NCBI GenBank assembly: GCA_963719035.1
Contig: CAVRAO010000006.1
Location: 32,001-96,000, forward strand
Origin: Methanobacteriota archaeon
GTDB taxonomy: Archaea; Halobacteriota; Bog-38; Methanoflorentales; Methanoflorentaceae
Reading direction: 5' to 3'
Length of the DNA: 64,000 nt
Below, piece after piece: positions 43,210 through 53,760 of this stretch (positions within the stretch are counted from its first letter, which is position 1; the number at the start of each line of letters is the position of its first letter). The notes beneath the pieces were generated by a model. That model did not search any database. It had not been told where the DNA came from and was given only the letters and a program-made list of their open reading frames with translations. The translations under genes and the position numbers were made by a program.

Positions 43210-44028
43210 TTACGGCACTGACGGGGCGTCAGAAGTGTACGATCCGAGCACCTTCAGTCGCGAAACGTGCGATTGCAGGGCGGTGAAAGCGCTCATGACT
43301 GCTGCGTCTGAGGCATTCCCTTCAAGATCGATGTAGAAGACGTACTCACCGAGCGACCGCTTTGCGGGTCGCGACTCGATTTTCGTCAGATTTAACTGAC
43401 GCTCGGCAAAGATATGGAGCACCTCATAGAGTGCCCCTGGCTTGTTACGCTTGAGCTCGAGCACGATAGACGTCTTTAAGCCCGCTTGCGCCTCTACCCG
43501 CCGACCGCGTCGCGCGATGACAATGAATCTGGTGAAATTGTCCTCAACGTCCTGAATGTCAGCCTGCACGATCTGCAGCCGATAGCGTTCGGCTGCGCGT
43601 GACGAGGCAATCGCTGCCGAATTACTGTTCTCGCTCGCCATACGTGCAGCCTGTGACGTGCTGCTCACTGCGACGATTTCCCTGCCAAAAGCGCGTAAAA
43701 AAGCGTTGCACTGAGCAATCGCCTGCCAGTGGGAGTAGACGACGTGTATATCCGCCCCCTCCTGGGCTGCAAGATAGTGGCGTATGGGCAGGACGATTTC
43801 GCGGACGATCTCGACCGGAAGGGTAAGCAGAACGTCGAGTGTAGTTCCGACCGATCCTTCAATGGAGTTCTCTAACGGGATGACGCCACAGTCGAGTCGG
43901 CGTTCGATGAGGTCGCGCGCGACGTCTTCAATATTCGCGAAGTAGCACAGCGACTCCTCAGGATACCCTAAGGCCAACGCTGCCATCTCGCTATAAGTCC
44001 CCTCTGGCCCCAGTACGCCGACGAGCAT
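43210..44028 (-). CDS. pheA: Prephenate dehydratase
   Basis: LGPEGTYS, PLENSIEG, TRF and NLTKIESRP. Confidence 0.96.
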   Translation of the reverse strand: MLVGVLGPEGTYSEMAALALGYPEESLCYFANIEDVARDLIERRLDCGVIPLENSIEGSVGTTLDVLLTLPVEIVREIVLPIRHYLAAQEGADIHVVYSHWQAIAQCNAFLRAFGREIVAVSSTSQAARMASENSNSAAIASSRAAERYRLQIVQADIQDVEDNFTRFIVIARRGRRVEAQAGLKTSIVLELKRNKPGALYEVLHIFAERQLNLTKIESRPAKRSLGEYVFYIDLEGNASDAAVMSAFTALQSHVSRLKVLGSYTSDAPSVP

Positions 44029-44067
44029 CGCTTTTCCTTGTGCTCACTTGGCTAATAAGGTTCTTCG

Positions 44068-44082
44068 AAAAAGTTTATATGA
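44068..44082 (+). promoter_or_regulatory. BRE/TATA-like promoter of the aro operon
   Basis: GAAAAAG-TTTATATG in the divergent pheA/aroA' spacer. Confidence 0.55.
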
Positions 44083-44127
44083 GAGATCGTGCTACTGTGT
44101 TACACTTTAGCAATATGAGGAATAAGC

Positions 44128-44925
44128 ATGGAAATTGGAAAACTAGTACGGCTTGAACGAATCACCAACCGCAACAGCGGCAACATCGTAGTCATCCCAA
44201 TGGATCATGGCATCTCAATCGGCCCTGTCAAAGGCCTCGTTAACCTGTCAGACATGGTCAATAAGGTCGCTGCGGGAGGCGCAAATGCAGTCCTCATGCA
44301 GAAGGGCATGGTGCCGCACGGCCATCGCGGATATGGACGCGACATCGGATTAATCGTACATATGAGCGCTTCGACGGCGTTAGGCCCCGACCCAAATGAC
44401 AAAGTGCTTGTATGTTCGGTCGAAGAGGCTCTCAAAGTCGGCGCTGATGCAGTGAGCGTCCATGTTAACATCGGCTCTGAAACAGAAGCAAACCAGCTGC
44501 AGAAGCTCGGCACCGTTGCCGAGCGCTGTACCATGTGGGGTATGCCGCTGCTTGCCATGATGTACCCGCGCGGCGCGAAGGTCACCGACCAGTATGCAGA
44601 GGAGTTCGTCGCTCACGCCGCGCGAGCAGGCGCGGAGCTCGGTGCCGACATGATTAAGACGAACTACACGGGCGACCCCGATTCGTTTGCGCGGGTGGTC
44701 GAGAGCTGCCCCGTCCCAGTGATCATTGCGGGGGGGCCCAAAGTAGAGACCGACGCTGACCTCCTTCAGATGATTTCAGACGCCATTGCAGCTGGCGCAC
44801 GTGGCGTGGCAATCGGACGTAATGTGTTCCAGCACGACAAGCCGACCGACATCGTACGCGCGATAGCGCGAATCGTGCACGAGAATACCTCTGTCAGCGA
44901 GGCGCTCAACGAACTTGAGCGTTAA
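44128..44925 (+). CDS. aroA': 2-amino-3,7-dideoxy-D-threo-hept-6-ulosonate (ADH) synthase
   Basis: DhnA-type aldolase motifs; first gene before aroB'. Confidence 0.88.
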   Translation: MEIGKLVRLERITNRNSGNIVVIPMDHGISIGPVKGLVNLSDMVNKVAAGGANAVLMQKGMVPHGHRGYGRDIGLIVHMSASTALGPDPNDKVLVCSVEEALKVGADAVSVHVNIGSETEANQLQKLGTVAERCTMWGMPLLAMMYPRGAKVTDQYAEEFVAHAARAGAELGADMIKTNYTGDPDSFARVVESCPVPVIIAGGPKVETDADLLQMISDAIAAGARGVAIGRNVFQHDKPTDIVRAIARIVHENTSVSEALNELER

Positions 44926-44963
44926 CGTTAAATGACTGCGTGCGAGTTGTACGGTGGGAGCCA

Positions 44964-46085
44964 ATGAAGAGCGTCTGGATCAAGGCCGATGAAGGCCCGT
45001 GGGAGGAGCGAAAGCCCATTATTACCTTCGCACTCGAGTCAGGGGCGGATTGCGTGCTCGTGAGCGAAGCTGACGTTGATACGGTCAAGCAGCTCGGCAC
45101 GATAACGGTAGCGGCGTTTGACGAGGGTGGCGGTGGTCACGCTGACATTAACGTTGTTGGAAAAGGGGGTGAAGGTGACGGGACGCTTCCGCTTTCAGGC
45201 CCGGGAAACGAAACCACAGATTACAAGCGGCTAGACTCACTGACCTCCGAGAGCGCCGCTTACGTCGTCGTCTCAGACAAAGCTCACGAACAGTTTGCGC
45301 AAGAAGTCGCAAGTGCGTGCGACCACCTCATTGTCATTGGAACGGATTGGAAGGTTATCCCGCTTGAGAACCTTATCGCTGCCTTACAAGGAACCGTCGA
45401 AATCATCGCCGGTGTCAAATCGTTCGAAGAGGCTAAAACTGCGCTCGAGACCTTGGAACACGGCGCTGATGGCGTGCTTCTCGATACCAACGATCTGTCG
45501 CAAATTGCCAAAACGATGGATTTTGCGCGCACGTCAGAGCACGTAATAGAGCTCGTGCCCGCCACCGTGACGACGGTGAGGCCCGTCGGAATGGGCGATC
45601 GCGTCTGCATCGACACGTGTTCCCTGATGACGAGCGGCGAAGGCATGCTTATTGGGTCAGGCGCCAACGGATTTTTCTTAGTGCACGCAGAGACAGAGGA
45701 GAGTCCGTACGTCGCTCCCAGGCCATTTCGCGTGAATGCCGGACCTGTACACGCATACATCTTTGAGAGCGGTAAGACGCGCTACCTCTCAGAGCTCGAA
45801 GCGGGCGACGAAGTGATGATTGTGCGTAGCACCGGAGAGACGCGTCAAGGCGTGGTCGGCCGCATAAAAATTGAGCGTCGCCCCCTGATACTCATCGAGG
45901 CAGACGTGGCAGGCACGACGATAAAGACGCTCCTTCAAAACGCGGAAACTATAAAGCTCGTCGCTGAAGGCGGCACTCCTGTTGCCGTTACCGCATTGAA
46001 GCCTGGAGACGTCGTCCTTGCGCACTACGAGCGAGTGGCACGGCATTTCGGCATCGGTGTCGAAGAGACGCTTATCGAGAGGTGA
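44964..46085 (+). CDS. aroB': 3-dehydroquinate synthase II
   Basis: WKVIPLENLIA, GDRVCIDT, RPFRVNAG and LQNAETI. Confidence 0.96.
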   Translation: MKSVWIKADEGPWEERKPIITFALESGADCVLVSEADVDTVKQLGTITVAAFDEGGGGHADINVVGKGGEGDGTLPLSGPGNETTDYKRLDSLTSESAAYVVVSDKAHEQFAQEVASACDHLIVIGTDWKVIPLENLIAALQGTVEIIAGVKSFEEAKTALETLEHGADGVLLDTNDLSQIAKTMDFARTSEHVIELVPATVTTVRPVGMGDRVCIDTCSLMTSGEGMLIGSGANGFFLVHAETEESPYVAPRPFRVNAGPVHAYIFESGKTRYLSELEAGDEVMIVRSTGETRQGVVGRIKIERRPLILIEADVAGTTIKTLLQNAETIKLVAEGGTPVAVTALKPGDVVLAHYERVARHFGIGVEETLIER

Positions 46086-46089
46086 TTAC

Positions 46090-46818
46090 ATAATTCAACT
46101 GCGCGACGTGACGATCGGAGGAGAGGAGGGGCCAAAGATCGTCGGCGTTATTTACGAACCAAGTCAGGCACAACAGGCCGTTGAAGAGGGGGTAGACATC
46201 ATCGAGTTCCGGGCCGATCTCGCTGACAACATAGATGGCGTGCTTCGCGACCTCGAGCAGGTCTCTCTCCCTATCATCCTCACCAACCGGCTGGTCGAAG
46301 AAGGCGGGAACGCGACAATTAATCGCCAAGATCAGCTCGGCCCCCTCATACCATACGCGTCCATCGTCGATATTGAGCTAATGGCGCCTGATAGGGACGA
46401 CCTGATGGCCGAGGCAGCTACCCAAGGTCGTCCAACGTTGCTCTCTTACCACGATCTCGACGGAACGCCCACGGAAACAGCGATGCTTGATATTATGCGC
46501 ACCGCAAGCCGTTACGGCGACGTTGTCAAGCTTGCAGTAACCATCGAGCACCTACAAGACGCGCCGAGGGTGCTCGACGTAAGCCTTGCTGCACAAGAGG
46601 AGGGCTTGACGTTCAGCGTGGTGCCGATGGGGGCGCTTGGATCGCATATCAGGCCCCTGATGGGGATCTACGGCTCCTCGCTGCTCTACGGGTACGTCGG
46701 GCAGCACATATCTCCAAAAATGCGGCCTTACGGGTTTACCGGAAAACGTGCGTCGCCTGGGATGCTTAGCGTTTCACAACTAAAACGCGCGCTTGAAGAG
46801 ATCCGGTCATGGCGGTAA
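46090..46818 (+). CDS. aroD: Type I 3-dehydroquinate dehydratase (start codon uncertain)
   Basis: EFRAD, R..EEGG, SYHD, KLA, MG..G and PG motifs. Confidence 0.88.
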   Translation: MIQLRDVTIGGEEGPKIVGVIYEPSQAQQAVEEGVDIIEFRADLADNIDGVLRDLEQVSLPIILTNRLVEEGGNATINRQDQLGPLIPYASIVDIELMAPDRDDLMAEAATQGRPTLLSYHDLDGTPTETAMLDIMRTASRYGDVVKLAVTIEHLQDAPRVLDVSLAAQEEGLTFSVVPMGALGSHIRPLMGIYGSSLLYGYVGQHISPKMRPYGFTGKRASPGMLSVSQLKRALEEIRSWR

Positions 46819-47681
46819 CGACCGTTTATGGCGTCATTGGTAGCCCCATAAGCCATTCACTCTCCCCTTCTATGCATAATGCAGCGTTCAACGCGCTCGG
46901 CATCGATGCTGCATATTATGCCTTCGACGTGGGTCAAGAACGGGTCGAAAACGCAATACGCGGCGCTAAAGCGCTTGGGTTTGGCGGACTCAATATCACC
47001 TTCCCGCTCAAAGAGGCTGCCTTACATCACTGCGACCCAGATGCCCTGTCAAAACGCATCGGCGCGGTCAACACGATAGACCGCAGCGGAGGGGGCTTCA
47101 ACACTGACGGCATTGGAGCGGTCAGGGCGCTCGAAGAGGCGGGCGTAACGGTTAAAGGCACGACCGTCCTGCTTCTTGGCGCTGGCGGCGCCGCGAAGGC
47201 GATTGTTGCGCAACTGCTCGTTGACGGAGCCCGCGTACTCATTGCCAACCGGACAGCGAGTAGATCGCTTATCCTCGCCCGGCAGATGACCGAAGCGAAT
47301 ATCGACTGCGGCTGCGGCGACGTTGAGGCGCATAGTCTCGTCGAGATCGATCGCTTGCTCAGCGAGGCGGGCGTGCTCATTAATGCAACGACCGTCGGCA
47401 TGCGTGGCGTCCTTGACGGGGAGACGCTCGTTAGAGCCCATCAAATGCATTCTGGGCTCGTTGTGTTCGATATCATCTATCACCCGCTTGAAACCCCCTT
47501 GTTACGCGAGGCGCGCGCCGCAGGCCTACAAACGATTGATGGGGTAAAGATGTTGGTAAACCAAGGCGCTGCCTCTTTTGCCCTATGGACCGCCATGGAG
47601 CCACCTGTACACGTCATGGAGGCCGCGGTGCGCGAGACGCTCCTACGCGCGAACGGTGCGGCGAACGAGGATCAAGGATAA
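46809..47681 (+). CDS. aroE: Shikimate dehydrogenase
   Basis: HSLSP.MHN, GAVNT, NTDG.G and GAGGAA. Confidence 0.96.
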   Translation: MAVTTVYGVIGSPISHSLSPSMHNAAFNALGIDAAYYAFDVGQERVENAIRGAKALGFGGLNITFPLKEAALHHCDPDALSKRIGAVNTIDRSGGGFNTDGIGAVRALEEAGVTVKGTTVLLLGAGGAAKAIVAQLLVDGARVLIANRTASRSLILARQMTEANIDCGCGDVEAHSLVEIDRLLSEAGVLINATTVGMRGVLDGETLVRAHQMHSGLVVFDIIYHPLETPLLREARAAGLQTIDGVKMLVNQGAASFALWTAMEPPVHVMEAAVRETLLRANGAANEDQG

Positions 47682-48922
47682 TGGCACTCAAGGCAGCAAT
47701 CGTTGGTGGCTACGGGGAAATGGGGCGTTGGTTTGAACGATTTCTTGGTGAACGCGAGATAGATGTCGCCCTTGTGGGTCGATCGTCGAATGCGCACTAT
47801 ACGGATTACGACGTCGTTGTTATCGCCGTACCCGTCGACGTTACCTGCGACGTTATTGCGCAGGTTGCACCTCAGATGAAGCCAGGCGCGGTGCTGTTCG
47901 ACATAACATCGGTCAAGAAAAACCCCGTCAAGCAGATGCTGATCAGTGCGCCCCCAGGCGTTGAACTCGTGAGCGTCCATCCGCTTTTTGGCCCCAGCAT
48001 GCCTGACATGGAGGGGCAGACCGTCATCGTGACGCCGGTGCGCGGCGAACGCGGGCGCAGATTTCTTATTGAGCTTTTCGAAAAAGCAGGCGCCCATGTA
48101 GAAGAGCTTTCTGCAGAAGAGCACGACCACGTCATGTCAGTTATTCAAGGATTGACCCACTTCGGATATATCGCTATGGGGGTCACACTCGAAGCGCTTC
48201 GCTTTGATATCAAACGCTCTCGCCGCTTTATGAGCCCTGTATATGGGATTCTTATAGATTTCATCGGCCGAATTCTCGGGCAAAACCCCGCGTTATACGC
48301 ATCCATTCAAATGAATACAGATCGGTCCGTCCGCGAGGCCTTTTTGACGCAGTGCGCCGCACTAATTGATGTCATCAACGCAAATGATAGCGCGGCGTTC
48401 ATCGCAACGATGAAACAGGCAGCAAAACACTTTGGCGATGCAGAACCGGCCTTAAAACGTTCGAACAAACTCATCATGGCCAATATTAAGGAAGTAGAGG
48501 ACTTCAAAGGATCTATCGGAAGCACGCGAGGACTGAGAAACGTCTACACCGGAGCGGTCCACATAGGTGTTATAAAGAGCGCTTCTCCGCGCGAAATCGC
48601 TGTTGAAGAACGGTCCAAGGACGTTGTCTTAAAGACGGAAAACGTTCAACTCATGTCCGATGAAGAGGTCTCACGATGTCGATTGGCGCGCGGACAGCGT
48701 TATCGGGATTTTTCTGCGGTTTTTCCTCCTGGCGTTAACCCAGAGATCATCGCACGCGTACTCTCAACCGTCGCTGACGTTACTGCAGTGAGTGTTATAG
48801 ATCATTATGCGCCGGAAAGTAGTTACACTTTCCGCGTCTCGACCTATATCGATGGCGACGTGGAGCGTCTTCACCGCGACGTGACAGAGCTCCTCGTAGG
48901 GATCGGCTGTAAAATTCGTTAA
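47681..48922 (+). CDS. tyrA: Prephenate dehydrogenase with a C-terminal extension
   Basis: GGYGEMG, DITSVK, HPLFGP and HD..M...QGLTH. Confidence 0.92.
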   Translation: MALKAAIVGGYGEMGRWFERFLGEREIDVALVGRSSNAHYTDYDVVVIAVPVDVTCDVIAQVAPQMKPGAVLFDITSVKKNPVKQMLISAPPGVELVSVHPLFGPSMPDMEGQTVIVTPVRGERGRRFLIELFEKAGAHVEELSAEEHDHVMSVIQGLTHFGYIAMGVTLEALRFDIKRSRRFMSPVYGILIDFIGRILGQNPALYASIQMNTDRSVREAFLTQCAALIDVINANDSAAFIATMKQAAKHFGDAEPALKRSNKLIMANIKEVEDFKGSIGSTRGLRNVYTGAVHIGVIKSASPREIAVEERSKDVVLKTENVQLMSDEEVSRCRLARGQRYRDFSAVFPPGVNPEIIARVLSTVADVTAVSVIDHYAPESSYTFRVSTYIDGDVERLHRDVTELLVGIGCKIR

Positions 48923-48974
48923 GAGAGTCTGATTAAGAGTAACGCTGGGATTAAGCTGTCCTGACGACCGTGAC

Positions 48975-49898
48975 ATGGGGATGACGATGAGCAAGCTGGA
49001 AAAGGTCTTCGTAACGGGCGCTACGGGGTTTCTTGGCTCTCACTTGGTCGACTGTCTAACGAAACGCGGGGCCGCCATCAGCGTCCTCGTCCGTAGTCAA
49101 CCTGACCGCATTGAAAAAAAGGGAACTCATCTCTGCGTGGTGCGGGGCGACCTTAGCCACCCATTTTTAATAAGTGATGCGTCAACCGTGTTCCATTTGG
49201 CCGCTATCTCGCACGTTGGCCATGCGCTCGAAAATCCACGCCAAACGTTCGAAACAAACACGTCAGGCACTTTGACCGTCCTTGAAGCGGTCAGACGGTC
49301 GTCATCTGTAGAAAGACTCGTATTTGTCAGCTCAGCCCACGTTTACGGTACGCCTCGGTACGTCCCTATCGATGAAGGACACCCTGTTCGAGCTCAAGAG
49401 CCATATGCGGCGAGCAAGCTAGCAGCAGAAGCTTTCGTTTCCGCGTATAGCAGCGCGTATGGTATACCGATTGCTATTGCGCGGCTCTTTAACACCTACG
49501 GGCCTCGCCAACATCCCGATTTCGTTATACCTTCGATCGTAAAGAGGGCCCTCACTCAAGACTCTCTGACATTAGGCAATCTTACCCCAACGCGGGACTT
49601 CACCTATGTAGATGATGTAGTGGAAGCTTTGTTACGCCTCGCTGAGAGCGGCGAGGGGATTTATAACGTCGCATCGGGAGTTGAGGTCAGTATCGAAACG
49701 CTTGTCACGCGTGTGGCAGAGATCCTCGGCAAACCCCTGACTATCTCGTCTCAGCATGCGCAGCGCAGGTCGGCTGCTGTCGAAATCGAAAGGATGTGGG
49801 CGGATATCTCGCGTATCAAAACGCTTGGATGGGAACCGCGCGTTAGTCTCATTGACGGTTTGACGAAGACGATCGCCTGGCACCGCGACCACCCCTAG
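48975..49898 (+). CDS. NAD-dependent sugar epimerase/dehydratase
   Basis: TGATGFLG, YAASK, FNTYGP and RDFTYV. Confidence 0.93.
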   Translation: MGMTMSKLEKVFVTGATGFLGSHLVDCLTKRGAAISVLVRSQPDRIEKKGTHLCVVRGDLSHPFLISDASTVFHLAAISHVGHALENPRQTFETNTSGTLTVLEAVRRSSSVERLVFVSSAHVYGTPRYVPIDEGHPVRAQEPYAASKLAAEAFVSAYSSAYGIPIAIARLFNTYGPRQHPDFVIPSIVKRALTQDSLTLGNLTPTRDFTYVDDVVEALLRLAESGEGIYNVASGVEVSIETLVTRVAEILGKPLTISSQHAQRRSAAVEIERMWADISRIKTLGWEPRVSLIDGLTKTIAWHRDHP

Positions 49899-49998
49899 CT
49901 GGGCGTTTATCATTGCGGCACGTTACCGTCCCGTCGGGCTGAAGGGCTCAAGAGCGAAACCGACCCCGGGCGAACGTTAATCAAGCATTGTGCGCGCG

Positions 49999-50700
49999 TC
50001 ATGCGTGCGTAACGCACGCAGTGTCGACAGAAGCGCGGACAAGGGTTGGAAGCCTGCCCCACGTAGCAAGCTTGTCTCCGACGATCAAAAGGGCACCTAC
50101 GACCCCGCTGATATCCTTTATGGCACTGAAAGCCGCTGGGGGGTCATTGCTTAAGTTCCCAAGCGCCGAAGCAGCAGCGTCAGCCAAACACGCCGTTTCA
50201 GCGACAACACATGCGACATCTGCTGTGCCGAAGCTGATAGACGGACCGACCGTAGCAGAGGACGTACAGACGCCCAAAAATCGGGTTGGTTCAATTTTGA
50301 ACCCCACGTCTTTGAAGGGAGAGACGCCTCCATATATACCGACGGTGACGACGCGGTCACTCGTCAGAGCGATATCCCCCCCGTTATCGACTATGGCGTA
50401 TAACGCGCCTGTGTCTACCATTGCCTCAACAGCGAGATCAGCGATAACGCCTGCAACCGCAGCCATCGGCCCGACCTTCGCCGCTGACGATGCGCCGAGC
50501 ATCCGACGAACGATATCTGGAGGGTCCCCGATGTAATCTTCAACGGGTTCAAGCGCGAAACGGAAGAACGGATTCAGTGCGATAAAACGTTCCAAACTAC
50601 GTCGGTGCGCTCGTATTGCCTGTTTTGCACTCGCGATGTGCTCGGGCGCATCGGCAATGATGGTAACGACGGTCTGCTTAAGCTGAAACTTCTCCTTCAT
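49999..50700 (-). CDS. UPF0280 / ApbE-like sulfur assimilation protein (MA1715-like)
   Basis: GPMAAVAG, NGGD, CTSSATVG.S.SFG and ADAAA. Confidence 0.9.
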   Translation of the reverse strand: MKEKFQLKQTVVTIIADAPEHIASAKQAIRAHRRSLERFIALNPFFRFALEPVEDYIGDPPDIVRRMLGASSAAKVGPMAAVAGVIADLAVEAMVDTGALYAIVDNGGDIALTSDRVVTVGIYGGVSPFKDVGFKIEPTRFLGVCTSSATVGPSISFGTADVACVVAETACLADAAASALGNLSNDPPAAFSAIKDISGVVGALLIVGDKLATWGRLPTLVRASVDTACVTHA

Positions 50701-51086
50701 TCCTCAGCAGTCTTGAGGGCACCATGGGGGCACATGGTCATGCAGGTCTTGCAGAGCACACATCGCTGGAGGTCGATGGAGATCGTCCTATCCTCGCTGT
50801 ACTTAAAGACTTCCACGGGGCACACTGATACGCACGCACCGCACTGCACACACTCAGCCTCATCAAACACGAGTGGCGTGTCCATTTCACGCACCTCGGT
50901 GCCGCGCCGCCTGAAGGCCTCAGCGACCTCTTCGACTCGTTCGTCGGGCACATCGATCACTATCTCTCCAATAGACCCGTCTACTAACGCCCGATCGATG
51001 TTGATGCGCACGCCTGTTTCCAGGACGACGTCTGCGAGTAGTGGGTCCTGCATAATCTTTTGTGGAAACTTCAACACGATCTTCAT
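50697..51086 (-). CDS. NIL domain + 2[4Fe-4S] ferredoxin (MA1822-like)
   Basis: NIL domain followed by two CxxCxxCxxxCP motifs. Confidence 0.92.
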   Translation of the reverse strand: MKIVLKFPQKIMQDPLLADVVLETGVRINIDRALVDGSIGEIVIDVPDERVEEVAEAFRRRGTEVREMDTPLVFDEAECVQCGACVSVCPVEVFKYSEDRTISIDLQRCVLCKTCMTMCPHGALKTAEE

Positions 51087-51104
51087 AGATCCCTCGTGGT
51101 CGGT

Positions 51105-52610
51105 TCACCTGCATGCGAGAAGCTTGCTTAGGTCCTCACTCGTAATGATGCCTACAACCGTGTTGGCCTGATCAACAACGGGAAGGGCCGAGATGTTGTG
51201 CCGCTCAAGACGCCGCGCGGCAAGGTCAATAGGCTCGTCAGGCTTCGCTGTAATAACGCGCTTTGTCATTATCCCTTCTAGACTATCGGCCTTATTCAGA
51301 GCCACTGCCTTTGAGATATCGTACGCCGTAACGATGCCGATGAGCTTGTTTTCAGCAGATACCACGGGCAAGTGATTCACTTGTTTTCCAACAATGATCT
51401 TTGCTGCCTCTTGTACACTGATCGCCTCACGCACGGTGATACTTGGGAGCATCACTTCTCGTACAAGCGGCGCCTCGGAAAGTTGTTTCATAGGCTTCAG
51501 TACAGCACGGTTTGGCAACCGCATCGTTGGCAATGCGAGCTCAAACGTGCCCTTTTGGATTCTTTGGGCAAGTTCTGTGGCGATTTCTTTTGCCTTAAAG
51601 AAGCTCGACATGGATGACGTACGCACTTCTTTCCCATTAAGATCAATTATTCCGGATTTTAACTCCTCATAACTGACGGTCGCCAGTTCAGGCCGTGACC
51701 GGCGACCAACACCGTAATCGAGGACTGTCGTACTGATGTCAGCATCGCTGATGGCCGTTTTTCGCGCAATTCCTGCGTTCAAGACCGGAATCGGCACGCC
51801 GATGCCCACGTACAGTGAAGTGCCATACCTGTGGAGAATTGCAGCTCTGAGGTAATCAGTGCTCATCGCCTTGAGGTCGCCGCACACCATGAGCGTGCCG
51901 AAGTTATTCTCAGGATCGTACTGCGTCCCGTGACCGACGACATATCCTTCAGCACCGCAGAGGAAGATCTTTGTGCCCACGCCGATGGTCTCATAATCGG
52001 GGTCGTTATAGATGGGCGAAAGCGTGCCAGAACCAGAATAAGTCGCATTTCCGTAACGCGGGAGCAACGTCCCCATGTACGTATACAACACCCTATCCGT
52101 AGAGTTGGTCGCGACATTGTACCGCTGATAAGCGTTACGTGGATTCAGCATGGTGGCGTCGTTGAGGTCGCCGATTGTGATGGCAGTCTCTACGCTTCGG
52201 CGAGGATAGCAGTCGGTCGCATAGCCAACGGCCTTTAAATAAACCTCCCTGTGGGCGACGAGATCTTCGATGACATGCGCACCGCCATATTCGAGGCCAC
52301 GCGTCTCTGACAGCTGAGTGGCTCCGATAAACGCATCAACCGCAGCGACACCGGTATAAGCTTCCACCTCGTTGAGCCATACTTTGCTCATCTTGATTGG
52401 CGGATCTGAGTGACCGAAGTTCATCCAAACGCCAGACGAGCACATCGCACCAAACGTGCCAGTGGTGACGACGTCGACCTCTTTTGCTGCACTCTCTACC
52501 CCCAGCTCATCGACGAGGTGCGTCATTTCGTCAGCGGTTACGACATGAACACTTCCGTCCCGAATGCGTTCGTTAATCTCTTCTAAGCTTTTTGGCACGT
52601 GCGCCTCCAA
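51105..52610 (-). CDS. L-aspartate semialdehyde sulfurtransferase, DUF39 + CBS (MA1821-like)
   Basis: VDVVTTGTFGAMCSSG, NPRNAYQ and a C-terminal CBS pair. Confidence 0.93.
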   Translation of the reverse strand: MEAHVPKSLEEINERIRDGSVHVVTADEMTHLVDELGVESAAKEVDVVTTGTFGAMCSSGVWMNFGHSDPPIKMSKVWLNEVEAYTGVAAVDAFIGATQLSETRGLEYGGAHVIEDLVAHREVYLKAVGYATDCYPRRSVETAITIGDLNDATMLNPRNAYQRYNVATNSTDRVLYTYMGTLLPRYGNATYSGSGTLSPIYNDPDYETIGVGTKIFLCGAEGYVVGHGTQYDPENNFGTLMVCGDLKAMSTDYLRAAILHRYGTSLYVGIGVPIPVLNAGIARKTAISDADISTTVLDYGVGRRSRPELATVSYEELKSGIIDLNGKEVRTSSMSSFFKAKEIATELAQRIQKGTFELALPTMRLPNRAVLKPMKQLSEAPLVREVMLPSITVREAISVQEAAKIIVGKQVNHLPVVSAENKLIGIVTAYDISKAVALNKADSLEGIMTKRVITAKPDEPIDLAARRLERHNISALPVVDQANTVVGIITSEDLSKLLACR

Positions 52611-52792
52611 AACAGTCGCTGTATAGCGAGTGAACAGTGATCGTATTACGATAGCTATTATTTATTATTGTTGGACTCTAAAAATGACGCCTTTTCGTGC
52701 GAACTCTAATTACCGCCTACTAATCTTTGCATCATTGAAGCAAGGCTAGCTTAAAGTAACCTTTAAGTTCAAATAGCGTTGTAGGAAAAAGG

Positions 52793-53476
52793 ATGCTTTC
52801 GGTTGTTATTCCAGCACACAATGAAGCAGATCATATACGTGGGCTCCTCGAAGCTTTCAGCGTTTTTTCCGGCCTGGAACTTATCGTCGCAGAAGACGCG
52901 TCGACAGACGGGACCCAAAATATCGTGCAGGAATTTGCAGCGCGCAATAACGACGTATTACTCTCAAGCTGCGATACAATAACCGGCAAAGGGGCCGCAG
53001 TAAAAAGGGGGTTTAAATTAGCGAAAGGGGATGTTCTCGGGTTCATCGATGGTGATGGATCGATTCATCCAAAAGAACTAATGCGCGTCGCAGCTACGAT
53101 CGACGACGGTGCCGATCTTGCTGTGGGATCACGAGACCTCCGCAACTCTGTCATTGTCCGCCCGCAACCGCTGTCGCGACGAGTCTCAGGTTCGATCTAT
53201 AGCCTCCTCGCCCGCGCGCTGTTGGACACCCACATAAAGGATTTTCAGTGTGGATGCAAGGTGTTTCGCCGAGACGTATGGGACTCACTCACAATTACTT
53301 GCGACGGATTTGCGTTTGATACCGAACTCATAGCAAAGGCGCACGAAAAAGGATTCGTCATCATAGAGGTGCCCATTACATGGAGCAACCAGTCAAATAG
53401 CAAGGTTCGCATCTCAAGAGACGTCTTGCCGATGCTAAAGTGCATTTTGAAGACGCGCGCCCAAGTAAGAAAGTAA
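52793..53476 (+). CDS. GT2 dolichyl-phosphate glycosyltransferase-like protein
   Basis: IPAHNE, DASTDGT, GKG.A, DGD, D.QCGCK and FDTEL. Confidence 0.92.
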   Translation: MLSVVIPAHNEADHIRGLLEAFSVFSGLELIVAEDASTDGTQNIVQEFAARNNDVLLSSCDTITGKGAAVKRGFKLAKGDVLGFIDGDGSIHPKELMRVAATIDDGADLAVGSRDLRNSVIVRPQPLSRRVSGSIYSLLARALLDTHIKDFQCGCKVFRRDVWDSLTITCDGFAFDTELIAKAHEKGFVIIEVPITWSNQSNSKVRISRDVLPMLKCILKTRAQVRK

Positions 53477-53760
53477 GAGAATAGAAGTAATTACCTCATT
53501 GCACTGTTTGTAGTCGCTCTCGTGCTGATCGTGTTCATGGCGGGCTATTACCTCGCTCAGTGGGGCGATTCGCAAGATCCTGATTCTTGGACGCTCTCGT
53601 GATACGAACAGACACGTCGTAACTGGGCACTACTCTCGTCTGAAACGCAGTCCATGTACTGCGGCGGGACGTTGGATCGAAGAGGACGGTCAAACGGCCT
53701 CTCTTCTGCCTTATACTGAGAGGTTAAATACTGCGCTATACAATCGACACACGTGACACT

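Noticed and set aside
51086-51107. The DUF39-CBS TGA stop is in frame with the downstream NIL-ferredoxin (possible Sec/readthrough fusion)
   Set aside because: The downstream gene has its own GAGGG site and ATG, separate genes are the norm in methanogens, in-frame spacing occurs one time in three by chance, and I saw no SECIS.
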